Counted from the first letter of the stretch, positions 17,966 through 27,599 are shown. The stretch: DNA of 64,000 nt from Anaerolineales bacterium (GCA_963676155.2 CAXXOS010000003.1:18414-82413); one strand, 5' to 3'. Made by a program: numbers and translations. Notes: generated by a model not told the origin, from the sequence alone.

Positions 17966-17973
17966 ATGACCGA

Positions 17974-19521
17974 ATGAATCAAAAAAATCCTCCCTTTGAC
18001 CCATCAGACGAAAAGTTCAGTGCCTATCGTGGCATATGGGTTGCCCTAATCGGTGACAAAGTCGTGGGTCAAGGGGCTTCAGAAGCGGAAGCAAAGCGGT
18101 TTGCCGCTCTCAGCAGACGGAGAGAGAAACCTGTTTTGCAATTCATTCCACCGCTTCCCATCCTCAATCTTCCCGACTATTTTTTTAAGATCCAAGCATT
18201 AACCACCAATGACAGCAAAGCCTATCTTGTTGGCGGTGCTGTCCGGGATATGCTCAAAGGGGTGCCGATTCATGATCTGGATTTTGTCATCACCGGTAAT
18301 GTACAATCCTTTGCACGAAAAATTGCTAATGCTCTTGAAGGGGCCTATTATTGCGTAAATAAAGAATTTGATGTCGCTCGCGTAATCTTTTATTGGGATG
18401 GAGTGAAACAAGTGGCTGATTTTGTTGCATTGCAAGGAGAAACAATTGAAGAAGATTTGCAACAAAGAGATTTCACAATCAATGCCATTGCGTTAGACCT
18501 CAAAGAACCAACTTATTTGATTGATCCCTTGCATGGTGCCACTCACTTATTTGCTAAACAACTTCATCTTTGTGCCCCTTTTGCCATTGCAAATGACCCA
18601 ATCCGGATTTTACGCGCGATTCGTATTAGCCTAAAATATGAACTTCAATTAATGCCTCAAGTGATTTCTGAGATCCAGACTCACAAAGCCAATTTATCTA
18701 CCGATCCATCCAAAGAGCGCATCCGAGATGAATTCTTCAAATTCTTCCAATTGCCAACCTTCAAACCAGCTTTTCTACTTTTGCATCATTTTGGGATTGA
18801 TAAAATTCTGTTTCCGCATCATGATTTTGATCCACAAGCAAGCAAACAACTCACTCAACAATTTCATGCGCTCAATCAACTGCTTCATTTGTTCCAACCC
18901 ACTGAAAATGAAGTTAATCGATTGCAAATTGGGATGATTTATACAATCTTAAAGCCCTATCTAGTCGAGATTCAAGAGGTTCTCCATGCACCTATCTCAG
19001 ACGAACGTTGCATACAAGATCTCTTATATTTTGCTCACTTTACTAGTCTAGAAAATCTGAAAACAGATATCGAAACTTTTCGGCTTAGCAATGCGGAGCA
19101 ATTGATTCTCAAAAAACTGTTGAGTAGTCTGCTTTTGGTTTCTCAGATTGATGTGGAAGAAAGCCCTCAGCAACATTTGCAAATCTATCGTTTTTATCAA
19201 AATACCCAACCTGCTGCATTTGGGGTTCTTTACCTTGCCATCACAAACATGCTTGCTCAGCAATCATATCAACCAAAGATTTCTGAGATCCAAAGTTTTC
19301 TCGAAAAATGCAGAGTCCTACTCGATGTTTGGGTCAACCATTATGATGAATGGATTGAACCACCGTTTTTGATCGATGGTCGTCTGTTAATGAGAAAAAC
19401 CGGACTCAAGCCCGGTCCAAAAGTAGGGGAAATATTGGAAAGTATTCGTGAAGCGCAACTCTTAGGAAAAATTAACTCTGAAAAAGACGCCATCGACTAT
19501 GCAATTTTGTTATTGAAATAA
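17974..19521 (+). CDS. CCA-adding enzyme / poly(A) polymerase-family nucleotidyltransferase with an extra N-terminal roughly 60-aa domain
   Basis: Head-domain motifs YLVGGAVRDMLKGVPIHDLDF and RDFTINA. Residues 1-60 (YRGIWVALIGDKVVGQGASEAEAKRFA) resemble DUF5678. There is no internal ATG before the catalytic motif. Confidence 0.8.
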   Translation: MNQKNPPFDPSDEKFSAYRGIWVALIGDKVVGQGASEAEAKRFAALSRRREKPVLQFIPPLPILNLPDYFFKIQALTTNDSKAYLVGGAVRDMLKGVPIHDLDFVITGNVQSFARKIANALEGAYYCVNKEFDVARVIFYWDGVKQVADFVALQGETIEEDLQQRDFTINAIALDLKEPTYLIDPLHGATHLFAKQLHLCAPFAIANDPIRILRAIRISLKYELQLMPQVISEIQTHKANLSTDPSKERIRDEFFKFFQLPTFKPAFLLLHHFGIDKILFPHHDFDPQASKQLTQQFHALNQLLHLFQPTENEVNRLQIGMIYTILKPYLVEIQEVLHAPISDERCIQDLLYFAHFTSLENLKTDIETFRLSNAEQLILKKLLSSLLLVSQIDVEESPQQHLQIYRFYQNTQPAAFGVLYLAITNMLAQQSYQPKISEIQSFLEKCRVLLDVWVNHYDEWIEPPFLIDGRLLMRKTGLKPGPKVGEILESIREAQLLGKINSEKDAIDYAILLLK

Positions 19522-19526
19522 ATGGT

Positions 19527-20111
19527 TTAGAGAACAGAGAGCGTCGTGGGGTTTACGATGATATGTTGATAAAGCACATTTAATCCAATTAAGATTAAGA
19601 TTGTACCACCCACCAAAAGCATTTTATTCCCAAAGGTTTTGCCTAGTTTTTTCCCAAGCAACACTCCGATTAAAGCTACCAAAAATACCACTACGCCAAT
19701 AATAATACTGGTTTGTAAGATGTTTACATTCACCAGTGCCAAACCAATGCCAATCGAAAGTCCATCAATGCTCGTGGCAAACGCAAGTGAGAATAATAAT
19801 TTCCCTTTAGAAGGATCGTTATCAAAACATACATTATCATTCTTAACGCCATCCCGCAGCATACTGATACCCACTATCCCTAGCAGAATAAAAACCACCC
19901 AATGATCAAACCGTTCGATATAACTAGCAATCGAACCACCAATCGCCCATCCAATTAAAACAGACAATACATGAAAAACACCAAAAGTGCTACTCAGTCG
20001 CAATGAATAAAAAGTACTTTGCATGGGAGCCACCGCCCCAGCACAAAGAGACACAGAAAAACAATCCATTGCCAACCCAATGGCAAGGATCAAAATTTCG
20101 AATAATTGCAT
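19527..20111 (-). CDS. mntP: Manganese efflux pump MntP
   Basis: 194 aa with 6 TM helices and the N-terminal LAIGLAMDCFSVSL motif typical of MntP/YebN. Confidence 0.8.
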   Translation of the reverse strand: MQLFEILILAIGLAMDCFSVSLCAGAVAPMQSTFYSLRLSSTFGVFHVLSVLIGWAIGGSIASYIERFDHWVVFILLGIVGISMLRDGVKNDNVCFDNDPSKGKLLFSLAFATSIDGLSIGIGLALVNVNILQTSIIIGVVVFLVALIGVLLGKKLGKTFGNKMLLVGGTILILIGLNVLYQHIIVNPTTLSVL

Positions 20112-20114
20112 TTA

Positions 20115-20312
20115 CTATCCCTTGAGAGTTTCTAATTTTAATTCTGCTTCTTCCAGAAGCTTTGTACAATGTGCAGTCAGTTTTTGGCCTTCTTCATAAA
20201 AAGCCAGTGCATCTGACAATGGCAAATTCTCTTCTTCCATTTGTTTCAAAATGGCCTGCAAGGCGCCGAAAGCTTCTTCAAATGAAAGTGTCGCGATTTC
20301 TTTGGTCGGCAT
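20115..20312 (-). CDS. xseB: Exodeoxyribonuclease VII small subunit
   Basis: 65 aa with LSFEEAFGALQAILKQMEEENLPLSDALAFYEEG, located immediately downstream of xseA. Confidence 0.85.
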   Translation of the reverse strand: MPTKEIATLSFEEAFGALQAILKQMEEENLPLSDALAFYEEGQKLTAHCTKLLEEAELKLETLKG

Positions 20313-20314
20313 AA

Positions 20315-21550
20315 CTATTCCTTTTGCGGTTCAATAGTATTCAAAGTAGCGTTCAAATTTCCGTCAGAAAATTGAATCTGGATTTTATCATCAACAGTCA
20401 CAGCATTCACACTACTGATGGGGGTTTCTTCTTTATAAACAATCGCATACCCTCGTTTGAGCACATTTTGTGGGGTAAGCAATTCCAAACTTTCTTTGGC
20501 GTGATTAAGTTGTTGTCTCACATGGCTCAATTTTTGTTGCATGATACGTGTTTGGGTTTCTGAAAGTGTTCGTAAGTTCTCACGATGGAGGGCTAATTGT
20601 TTTTCAGGAGAGAGTAAATTAAGCAAACGTTTTTCATCATCTAAGTTAGCATGCAACGTAGCCATTTTCTCAGTGATCATCGCTTCAAAATAGACACTCG
20701 CACTGTCTAATTGCAGTAAAAATTCTTTTTGATCTGGGGTTGCCAATTCAGCCGCCGCTGTCGGGGTAGGGGCGCGTAAATCTGCCACAAAATCTGCAAT
20801 CGTAAAATCTGTTTCATGCCCCACACCTGAGATTACGGGTGCTTCTGAAGCATAGATTGCACGAGCCAGCGCTTCGTCATTGAAGCACCACAAATCTTCT
20901 AAAGAACCGCCCCCACGTCCGATTAAGATCACATCTGGGTGCACTTCGTTATTCAAACGTTGCAGCGCAGCAATCAATTCTTTTGCAGCTGCATCCCCTT
21001 GCACGGTCGCAGGGGCAAGCACCACTCTTGCCAATGGATATCGTCGCTCAATTGTGTGCAACATATCTCGTACGGCTGCCCCAGTCGCTGAGGTCACGAT
21101 TCCGATTGTCTTAGGCAAATAGGGGATGGGGCGTTTATGGCTCGCATCAAACAAGCCTTCATTTTCCAATTTTTGTTTTGTTTCTAGAAAAGCTTGATAA
21201 AGTTTTCCTTCTCCAGCGGGGCGAATCAAATTCGTTACTAATTGATATTGTCCACTTTTTTCATATACAGTCACAGACCCTTTGACTTCCACCGCATCGC
21301 CTTCTTTTGGCATTTGGAGTAAGCGTGCCACTTGAGAGCGCCACATCACACATCGCAATGCTGCTTGACTATCTTTCAAGGTGAAATAAAGGTGTCCTGA
21401 AGCGGGTTTTGATAGATTTGAAATCTCACCCTTCACCCACACATTTTGAAAAAGCAGATTATTTTCCAACGCACTTTTAATTTGGTTTGTGAACTGTGCC
21501 ACACTTAAGGCGTCTTGAGAAATTGAAAAAAGAGAAGTTTGTTCAAACAT
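20315..21550 (-). CDS. xseA: Exodeoxyribonuclease VII large subunit
   Basis: 411 aa with an N-terminal OB fold (VWVKGEISN ... SGHLYFTLKD) and the catalytic block GRGGGSLEDLWCFNDE. Confidence 0.9.
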   Translation of the reverse strand: MFEQTSLFSISQDALSVAQFTNQIKSALENNLLFQNVWVKGEISNLSKPASGHLYFTLKDSQAALRCVMWRSQVARLLQMPKEGDAVEVKGSVTVYEKSGQYQLVTNLIRPAGEGKLYQAFLETKQKLENEGLFDASHKRPIPYLPKTIGIVTSATGAAVRDMLHTIERRYPLARVVLAPATVQGDAAAKELIAALQRLNNEVHPDVILIGRGGGSLEDLWCFNDEALARAIYASEAPVISGVGHETDFTIADFVADLRAPTPTAAAELATPDQKEFLLQLDSASVYFEAMITEKMATLHANLDDEKRLLNLLSPEKQLALHRENLRTLSETQTRIMQQKLSHVRQQLNHAKESLELLTPQNVLKRGYAIVYKEETPISSVNAVTVDDKIQIQFSDGNLNATLNTIEPQKE

Positions 21551-21662
21551 AACTCTTGAAACTATACCGTGATATTAGGTGACTGTCAAAGGTTAACAAA
21601 TTAAAGTCAAGATATTTTCTTTGTGTGATAGAATTAGGTTTATTAGTTTTAAAGGAACCAGA

Positions 21663-22154
21663 ATGAATTATATGTTTGCGTCCTGGCGCAGAAAATATAT
21701 CACTGAAAAAAAGAATAATAAAAAATGTGTATTTTGTTCAGCTATTGAACAAAATGAAGACTCTGTTGAAAATCTCATCGTACATCGCGGCGAACATGCT
21801 TTTTTGATATTAAACCGTTATCCTTATACAAGTGGACATGTTATGGTACTTCCCTATAAACATGTTTTAGACTTAAATGATTTGGACAATGAAACGCGCA
21901 CTGAAATGATGAATATGGTAGACCAAACCATCAAAGCGCTCAAAATAGCGTATGCTCCAGATGCTTTTAATATCGGCATTAATATGGGGGCGGCCGCAGG
22001 TGCTGGGATCGAAGCGCATATCCATATGCATGTCGTTCCTCGTTGGAATGGAGATGTTAATTTTATGACCTCAGTTGGTGACGTGCGCATCTTACCAGAG
22101 TCCTTAGAAGACTCCTTTCAAAAAATTAAAAACGCTTGGGATTCAATTCTTTAA
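21663..22154 (+). CDS. HIT-family nucleotide hydrolase/transferase
   Basis: Histidine triad HIHMHVVPR and NRYPYTSGHVMVLP. The ATG at 21663 follows AAGGA. The track start at 21621 is a TTG extension. Confidence 0.8.
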   Translation: MNYMFASWRRKYITEKKNNKKCVFCSAIEQNEDSVENLIVHRGEHAFLILNRYPYTSGHVMVLPYKHVLDLNDLDNETRTEMMNMVDQTIKALKIAYAPDAFNIGINMGAAAGAGIEAHIHMHVVPRWNGDVNFMTSVGDVRILPESLEDSFQKIKNAWDSIL

Positions 22155-22244
22155 GATTTGATTAAAAATCCTTAAGCAATTATAATTAGTTACCAAAACC
22201 GATTCAGAGAAGTCAAATTTATTAACATTTGGAGTTATTAACAC

Positions 22245-22910
22245 GTGAGTGCAAAGTTATTATCCCCTGCAAAAATCTTATGGGTTAAAGGTCGCTGGAC
22301 CAATCACGAAGATTTTGTGCAAGCTTTAGAAAAAAAAGGAATGGAAATAGATGTTGTTTCCAATGGAAAAAACGCTGTTGCACAAGTGGTAGAAAAAAAA
22401 TACGATGTGATTATCGTAGATGCCGCTTCCATGCGCACAAATGGCAAAAGAATTTGTAAGTCTCTTCGAGAAACTGTTGATCTCCCCTTAATCCTCATTG
22501 TAGATGAAACCCCCAATAACGAACCGGATGCTTCCGTTGTTTTGGAACTTCCTTTCACATCCCGTAAATTAACCAATCGAATTTTGCCTTTTATCCCTGG
22601 CGAAGGGAAAAATACAATAAAAGTAGGTGAAATTATGTTGGATGTGGATCGCAAACAGATTGTCAAAAATGGCGAAAGAGAAGTGATTACCCCTCGCTTA
22701 TGCCATCTCTTACGCATTCTGATGGAAAAACAAGGCATAGTGGTAGAACGAAATGAATTGTTCAAAAAAGTGTGGCACACAGATTATACGGGCGACACAC
22801 GTACCTTAGACGTACATATCTCATGGTTGCGACAAATCATCGAGGATGATCCGCGCAAACCCAAACATTTGGTCACTATTCGTGGAGTGGGCTACCGATT
22901 TGATGAATAA
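22245..22910 (+). CDS. OmpR/PhoB-type winged-helix regulator with a degenerate (pseudo-)receiver domain
   Basis: The C-terminal trans_reg_C domain ends in RGVGYRF. The receiver keeps the Asp in DVIIVDA but lacks the acidic pair (KGR instead of DD/ED), the Thr/Ser (IVD) and the Lys (LPF instead of KPF). The start codon is GTG. Confidence 0.8.
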   Translation: MSAKLLSPAKILWVKGRWTNHEDFVQALEKKGMEIDVVSNGKNAVAQVVEKKYDVIIVDAASMRTNGKRICKSLRETVDLPLILIVDETPNNEPDASVVLELPFTSRKLTNRILPFIPGEGKNTIKVGEIMLDVDRKQIVKNGEREVITPRLCHLLRILMEKQGIVVERNELFKKVWHTDYTGDTRTLDVHISWLRQIIEDDPRKPKHLVTIRGVGYRFDE

Positions 22911-22944
22911 AAAGTGACATAAATTTCTGAAGAACAATGAGAAT

Positions 22945-22966
22945 GGTTGGAATTCCAACCTTTTTT
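22945..22966. terminator. Bidirectional intrinsic terminator
   Basis: Perfect palindrome GGTTGGAATTCCAACC followed by T6, between convergent genes. Confidence 0.7.
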
Positions 22967-22969
22967 ATT

Positions 22970-23335
22970 TTAAATCCATTCTTGGTCTTCAACAGAAATG
23001 GCATGATTTGATTCTGTTTCACCCAAATGTTTTGTGCTGGCCGGTTCCATCATCATAAAGTGTGTGTTCGGTTTTGCTTTTGGGCAATGTTCCACCCCTT
23101 TGGGCACCACAAACATTTCCCCTGGAGAAAGCACAATATCGCGATTTCTCAATTGGATGGTCAGCTCTCCTTCAAAAACATAGAAAAGCTCATCTTCATT
23201 TTTGTGAAAATGCCATTCCAACTCTCCGCTCCCTTTTGCAATCTTGATTAATTGACCATTTGATTCCGCAACAATCTTTGGCGTCCAAATCGTGTCGAAC
23301 TTCTTAAATTTATCTGAAAAATTAACTTTATCCAT
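22970..23335 (-). CDS. Cupin-domain protein
   Basis: 121 aa with cupin motifs (HFHKNEDELFYVFEG ... PKGVEH). Confidence 0.7.
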   Translation of the reverse strand: MDKVNFSDKFKKFDTIWTPKIVAESNGQLIKIAKGSGELEWHFHKNEDELFYVFEGELTIQLRNRDIVLSPGEMFVVPKGVEHCPKAKPNTHFMMMEPASTKHLGETESNHAISVEDQEWI

Positions 23336-23390
23336 TGAGACCTCCCGAAAACAAATCCAACCAATATCTAGTATTGTATCAAGAATTTGA

Positions 23391-23425
23391 ATTAAATAAA
23401 TAGAGGCTGTGTAGAACAGCCTCTA
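23391..23425 (-). terminator. Intrinsic terminator of argS
   Basis: The minus-strand RNA forms UAGAGGCUG-uucuaca-CAGCCUCUA followed by UUUAUUUAAU. Confidence 0.7.
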
Positions 23426-23450
23426 TTTTATTGGATAAGAAAGCGATAAA

Positions 23451-25214
23451 CTACATTTTTAAAGGTGCTTCAATCGTCAAAATTCCTAAGGCGTTTGCAA
23501 TCACTTGTCGAGTCGCATCCACTAAGCGCATTCGGAATTGAGCAACTTCCGGTTCTGCTTTCAAAACAGGGCATTGGCGATAGAAGGCATTGAATGCTTT
23601 GGCAACTTCATAGGCCAGATTCGTGATATGCAATGTTTTGTTCTCAGCAGAAGCCGCTTGCACTGCGGTTGGGAATCGGGAAATTAATTCAATCAATTCA
23701 ATTTCGCTAGGTTCCAAAATATGGTTGATGGCGCCATCGCTAGCTTTTAATTCATCTGCGCGACGTAGCATGCTCATGCAGCGTACATGTGCATATTGAA
23801 TATAAGGCGCTGCTTGACCATTAAAATCAAGCGCAGCTTCCCAATCAAAGGTGGCAATTTTTGCATTGTCGCGTGCCAACATTGGATATTTGATGGCAGC
23901 TAAGCCCACGGCTTTAGCGGCGGCATCTCGTTCATCTTCTGTCAGGTCGGGGTTGCGTTCGCTGCCAATTTCTTTGGCACGGTTGATTGCTTCTCGCATC
24001 AAATCTTCGAGCAACACCACAGTCCCTTCGCGAGATTTCATTGTCACGTTACCGGGCAAGTTCACAATTTCATAAGGAACGTGTTCACACACTTGTGCGG
24101 CATCATATCCGGCAATTTCTAGAATTTTAAATACTTGTTTGAAATGCATTGATTGGCGCACATCCACCACATAGAAAGAATGATTCAAATTAAATTCATC
24201 TTTTTTCTTTTGTGCCAAGGCCAAATCCCATGTGGCATAAAGCGCGGTACTATCCGAGCGCAACACTACTGCCACGCGATATTTTTCTTTTTCCAAACCA
24301 AGCTTTTCATCAATGCGTACAATCACAGGTCCTTCGGGGCGTTCATCTTCTGCAATCCCGCGTTCGATTAATGAATCTACTACAACTTTACCATCTGCAT
24401 CTTGTCCACTTTGGAAGTAGACCTTATCAAAATGAATCCCCATTTCATCGTAAATGCGATTGAAACCGTCTAAAGACCATTGTTTGGTCACTTCCCACAA
24501 TTGCATCAATGCGGGGTCTTTGGCGTCCCATCGAGCGAAAACAGCTTTAATCTCATCTTCAAATTCTGGGTTTTCTTCCAAACGAGTGTTTGCCTCAGCA
24601 TAGAGGTCTCCAAGCCAGCGGATCACATCTGTTTCTGGCGGGGTTTCACCTTGATGATATTTTTCAAAGTTCCACAGCCATTTAATCACATGTAAACCTG
24701 TATCCCCTAAATAATTGGCACGTACAACATCGTAGCCCGCAAATTCATGAATATTTGAGAGAGCTGCTCCTAAGATCATGGAGCGCAAATGGCCAATATG
24801 AAATGCCTTATGGGTGTTGGGTTGAGAAAATTCGACCATGGTACGTTCATTTTTAGAAACGCCTTTACCATAATTTTCTTTTCGTTCGATCACTTCATCA
24901 ATCACACGTTGGGCATAGGTGTTTGTGGTGAAATATAAATTCAAATATCCTCGCACTGCTTCCATGCGAGAGAAGTTTTCTTGTTCGCCCAATGCTTCGA
25001 TAACGCCTTCGGCAATCTCTTGCGCACGTTTGGGGACGATTACTTTTTTACCTTGTTTGGCTTCGTTGGCAGCTGTTTGGAAGAAAGAAGTGGAAATGCC
25101 CCACTCACCAGAGAAGGGGATATTGGTCCATTTGATCTCATCCAAAGGAATTTCATTTTCTTCACAATAGTGAAGAATGATTTTAGTTACGTTGGCTTGT
25201 TCTTTTTCAAACAT
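23451..25214 (-). CDS. argS: Arginine--tRNA ligase
   Basis: 587 aa with the class-I HIGH motif (NTHKAFHIGHLR), an MSK-like loop (VTMKSREG) and the C-terminal DALR anticodon-binding domain. Confidence 0.95.
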   Translation of the reverse strand: MFEKEQANVTKIILHYCEENEIPLDEIKWTNIPFSGEWGISTSFFQTAANEAKQGKKVIVPKRAQEIAEGVIEALGEQENFSRMEAVRGYLNLYFTTNTYAQRVIDEVIERKENYGKGVSKNERTMVEFSQPNTHKAFHIGHLRSMILGAALSNIHEFAGYDVVRANYLGDTGLHVIKWLWNFEKYHQGETPPETDVIRWLGDLYAEANTRLEENPEFEDEIKAVFARWDAKDPALMQLWEVTKQWSLDGFNRIYDEMGIHFDKVYFQSGQDADGKVVVDSLIERGIAEDERPEGPVIVRIDEKLGLEKEKYRVAVVLRSDSTALYATWDLALAQKKKDEFNLNHSFYVVDVRQSMHFKQVFKILEIAGYDAAQVCEHVPYEIVNLPGNVTMKSREGTVVLLEDLMREAINRAKEIGSERNPDLTEDERDAAAKAVGLAAIKYPMLARDNAKIATFDWEAALDFNGQAAPYIQYAHVRCMSMLRRADELKASDGAINHILEPSEIELIELISRFPTAVQAASAENKTLHITNLAYEVAKAFNAFYRQCPVLKAEPEVAQFRMRLVDATRQVIANALGILTIEAPLKM

Positions 25215-25244
25215 ATACTTTTACTCTTTAGGTCCTTTTTTGAA

Positions 25245-25280
25245 TAAAAAAAACGAGAAACAAAATTGCTCCCGTTTTTT
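25245..25280 (-). terminator. Probable intrinsic terminator of rpsT
   Basis: The minus-strand RNA forms a 7-bp hairpin ACGGGAG/UUCUCGU (two G-U pairs) followed by U8. Confidence 0.5.
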
Positions 25281-25321
25281 AATGCCGATATTAATTTGAT
25301 AATTGAACTATCAAATCAGGA

Positions 25322-25594
25322 TTATTGAGCTTTTTCCAATTGATTGAGTTTGCTCATCACACTGCTTTTGCGGCGGGCAGCGTTATTTTTGTGGATCACA
25401 CCTTTTTGAGCAGCTTTGTCAAGTGCTTTCACTGCGTTTGCAGCTTGGGTGCGAGCGGTTTCGAGGTCATTAGATTCGAAAGCAGCGTCGAATTTTTTGA
25501 TGTAAGTACGTGCGCTTCCACGGAAAACTCGGTTGTGTTGTCGACGTTTTTCGTTTTGTCGATTACGTTTGATTTGTGATTTAATATTTGCCAT
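25322..25594 (-). CDS. rpsT: 30S ribosomal protein S20
   Basis: MANIKSQIKRNRQNEKRR... with a GGAG RBS 5 nt upstream of the ATG at 25594. The track start at 25615 is an extension. Confidence 0.9.
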   Translation of the reverse strand: MANIKSQIKRNRQNEKRRQHNRVFRGSARTYIKKFDAAFESNDLETARTQAANAVKALDKAAQKGVIHKNNAARRKSSVMSKLNQLEKAQ

Positions 25595-25779
25595 TCTAAC
25601 TCCAAGATAATTCAATTATTTAAGATCTGCGAACGCTAATTTTATATCGTAGCGTTATATTTGTCTAGTGATTAAATGCAAGCTTTTAACCTTACGGATT
25701 TTACCATAAAACAAGCCTTTCACAAAGACATTGCGGAAGTAGTATTGTAACACAAAATCAAACTCATTTTGAGAACTGC

Positions 25780-26988
25780 TCAAATGTTAAGGTCAAGAAA
25801 TTCTTGCAACACTCTGGTATAGCGTGGGTGTCGCAAACGCTTCAGCGCTTGGGTCTCAATTTGGCGAATTCTTTCGCGAGTGAGGTCAAATTGCTGACCA
25901 ATCTCTTCGAGAGTATATTCACGTCCATCTTTGATGCCATAGCGCATTTCAATGATCTCTTTTTCACGTGGCTCGAGAATATTCAGCACCTGATGCACTT
26001 TCATGCTCAATTGTGTTTCCTCAAGGTTTTGCACAGGGGAGGGCGTGGTTTCATCAGGGATGATCTCATCAAAGTTGCGACTTTCTTCATTTTGACTGAT
26101 TGGTTGATCTAAAGAAATCGGTTGTTGACGATAATGCAACATTTGTTTGACTTTGCTTTCAGGCATTTCCATCTTTTCAGCAATTTCTTTTTCAGTTGGG
26201 TTTCGATTCAACTCTTGCTTCAAAGCCTCTTCAATCTTGTTCATTTTTTTAATTTGATCAGACATATGCACAGGAATGCGAATGGCACGTGCTTTTTCTG
26301 AGATTGAGCGGCTAATTGCCTGTCGGATCCACCAATGGGCATAAGTTGAGAATTTAAACCCAAGTGTATGATCAAATTTGTCCACTGCACGCATCAGACC
26401 ACAATTGCCTTCTTGAATTAAATCAATGAATTCCAATCCGTCGTTGCCACGTTTGAGATATTTCTTAGCAATACTGACCACCAAACGAGTGTTGGCTTTG
26501 ATGAGGTGTTTTCTTGCATCTTCCCCTTCAAATTCAAGCAATTTAAGTTCTTTAATTGCTCGCTCTGAGAGATGGCTGGGGTTCTTTAAAATTTCACGGG
26601 CTTTTTTCCCTTTTTGAATCTTTGTTGCCAGTTCGACTTCTTGTTCTTTTGTCAAAAGATCAATACAGGAGATGTTCTTTAAGTACAAACTGATCGCATC
26701 CACATCTTCTTTAGTATTAGAATATTTGGAAAAATCTTCTTGAGATTCTTCTATATCTTCTAAAGAGTCAATCTCTTCGATTTCTTCGATCTCTTCAATT
26801 TCATCAACAGTATCAAAGGAGTCAAAATCTGCCTCATTAAGCACGGAAGATTTTTTGGGTAAGTCTTGAATTTCAGTTTCCACCACTTTAAATTCAAGTT
26901 GTTTTGTTTTATTCCAAAAAGTAAGCGCGCCTGGAACAGGTACGTTTTCTTTAAAGGAATGATTTGATTCCTGTAAGTTGGATGCCAT
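25780..26988 (-). CDS. rpoD: Primary-type sigma-70 factor (RpoD/SigA-like) with an acidic repeat-rich N-terminus
   Basis: Region 2 (YAHWWIRQAISR), region 3 and region 4.2 (TLEEIGQQFDLTRERIRQIETQALKRLRHP) are present. The ATG at 26988 (MASNLQ) lies 6 nt after GGAGG. An earlier in-frame ATG at 27015 is possible. The N-terminus carries an EIEEIEEIEEID repeat. Confidence 0.9.
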   Translation of the reverse strand: MASNLQESNHSFKENVPVPGALTFWNKTKQLEFKVVETEIQDLPKKSSVLNEADFDSFDTVDEIEEIEEIEEIDSLEDIEESQEDFSKYSNTKEDVDAISLYLKNISCIDLLTKEQEVELATKIQKGKKAREILKNPSHLSERAIKELKLLEFEGEDARKHLIKANTRLVVSIAKKYLKRGNDGLEFIDLIQEGNCGLMRAVDKFDHTLGFKFSTYAHWWIRQAISRSISEKARAIRIPVHMSDQIKKMNKIEEALKQELNRNPTEKEIAEKMEMPESKVKQMLHYRQQPISLDQPISQNEESRNFDEIIPDETTPSPVQNLEETQLSMKVHQVLNILEPREKEIIEMRYGIKDGREYTLEEIGQQFDLTRERIRQIETQALKRLRHPRYTRVLQEFLDLNI

Positions 26989-27062
26989 TGTTGCCTCCAT
27001 TCTGCGGTCCACCATCCGCTCTATGGCATATATCAGGTATTCAGTTGTTGGTTTTATCCTTT

Positions 27063-27599
27063 TTAAGTGTTTGCTTTATTGTCTTCTTTATTTTTTAATA
27101 ATTGTTCTAGGATTTGCATCTTCGGGTTAATTGGATTCTCCAAATTTGCCTCATAAGGAGTGGTCCGTTTTTCACCTGTTTCAAGATTTAATCCATAACA
27201 ATCCTTCTTACAGATTGGATTAATCGCGACACCAAGCAAGATATAATCTCGGAATAAGGGTGCCAGATCAATCACGCCAGTCTCTGGAATTAAAAGTATT
27301 TCTTCCGTTGCAGATTTTTCATGAAATGCAAAAAGTTCAGTAAAATCTGTTTCAACTTGGTAATCAAATTCATCTAAGCAACGTACACAATCTGCTTTTG
27401 TGATGCACTTGATTGAAACTTCACAGAGAAGGCCTTGTTGTGTTTTTTGAAAGAGAATATTCGCCTTGAGATTTTTTACATCAAGATCTGGAGGGAAATG
27501 CATTTCCTCCAAAGCAATCTCATATTCTTTTTCATAGCCAACATTTTCATGGACAATAAAGCCCACGTTAATTTTAAATTGTTTTAAATTGTTTTCCAT
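27063..27599 (-). CDS. YceD/DUF177-family protein
   Basis: 178 aa with the CVRCLDEF motif and a C-terminal Cys-containing segment typical of DUF177 (23S rRNA accumulation protein YceD). Confidence 0.7.
   Translation of the reverse strand: MENNLKQFKINVGFIVHENVGYEKEYEIALEEMHFPPDLDVKNLKANILFQKTQQGLLCEVSIKCITKADCVRCLDEFDYQVETDFTELFAFHEKSATEEILLIPETGVIDLAPLFRDYILLGVAINPICKKDCYGLNLETGEKRTTPYEANLENPINPKMQILEQLLKNKEDNKANT

Noticed and set aside
25215-25321. T-box leader upstream of argS, and a yybP-ykoY Mn riboswitch upstream of mntP (20112-20114).
   Set aside because: The argS upstream spacer is only about 100 nt, is occupied by the rpsT terminator, and lacks a T-box sequence. mntP has a 3-nt spacer to xseB, so no leader can exist.
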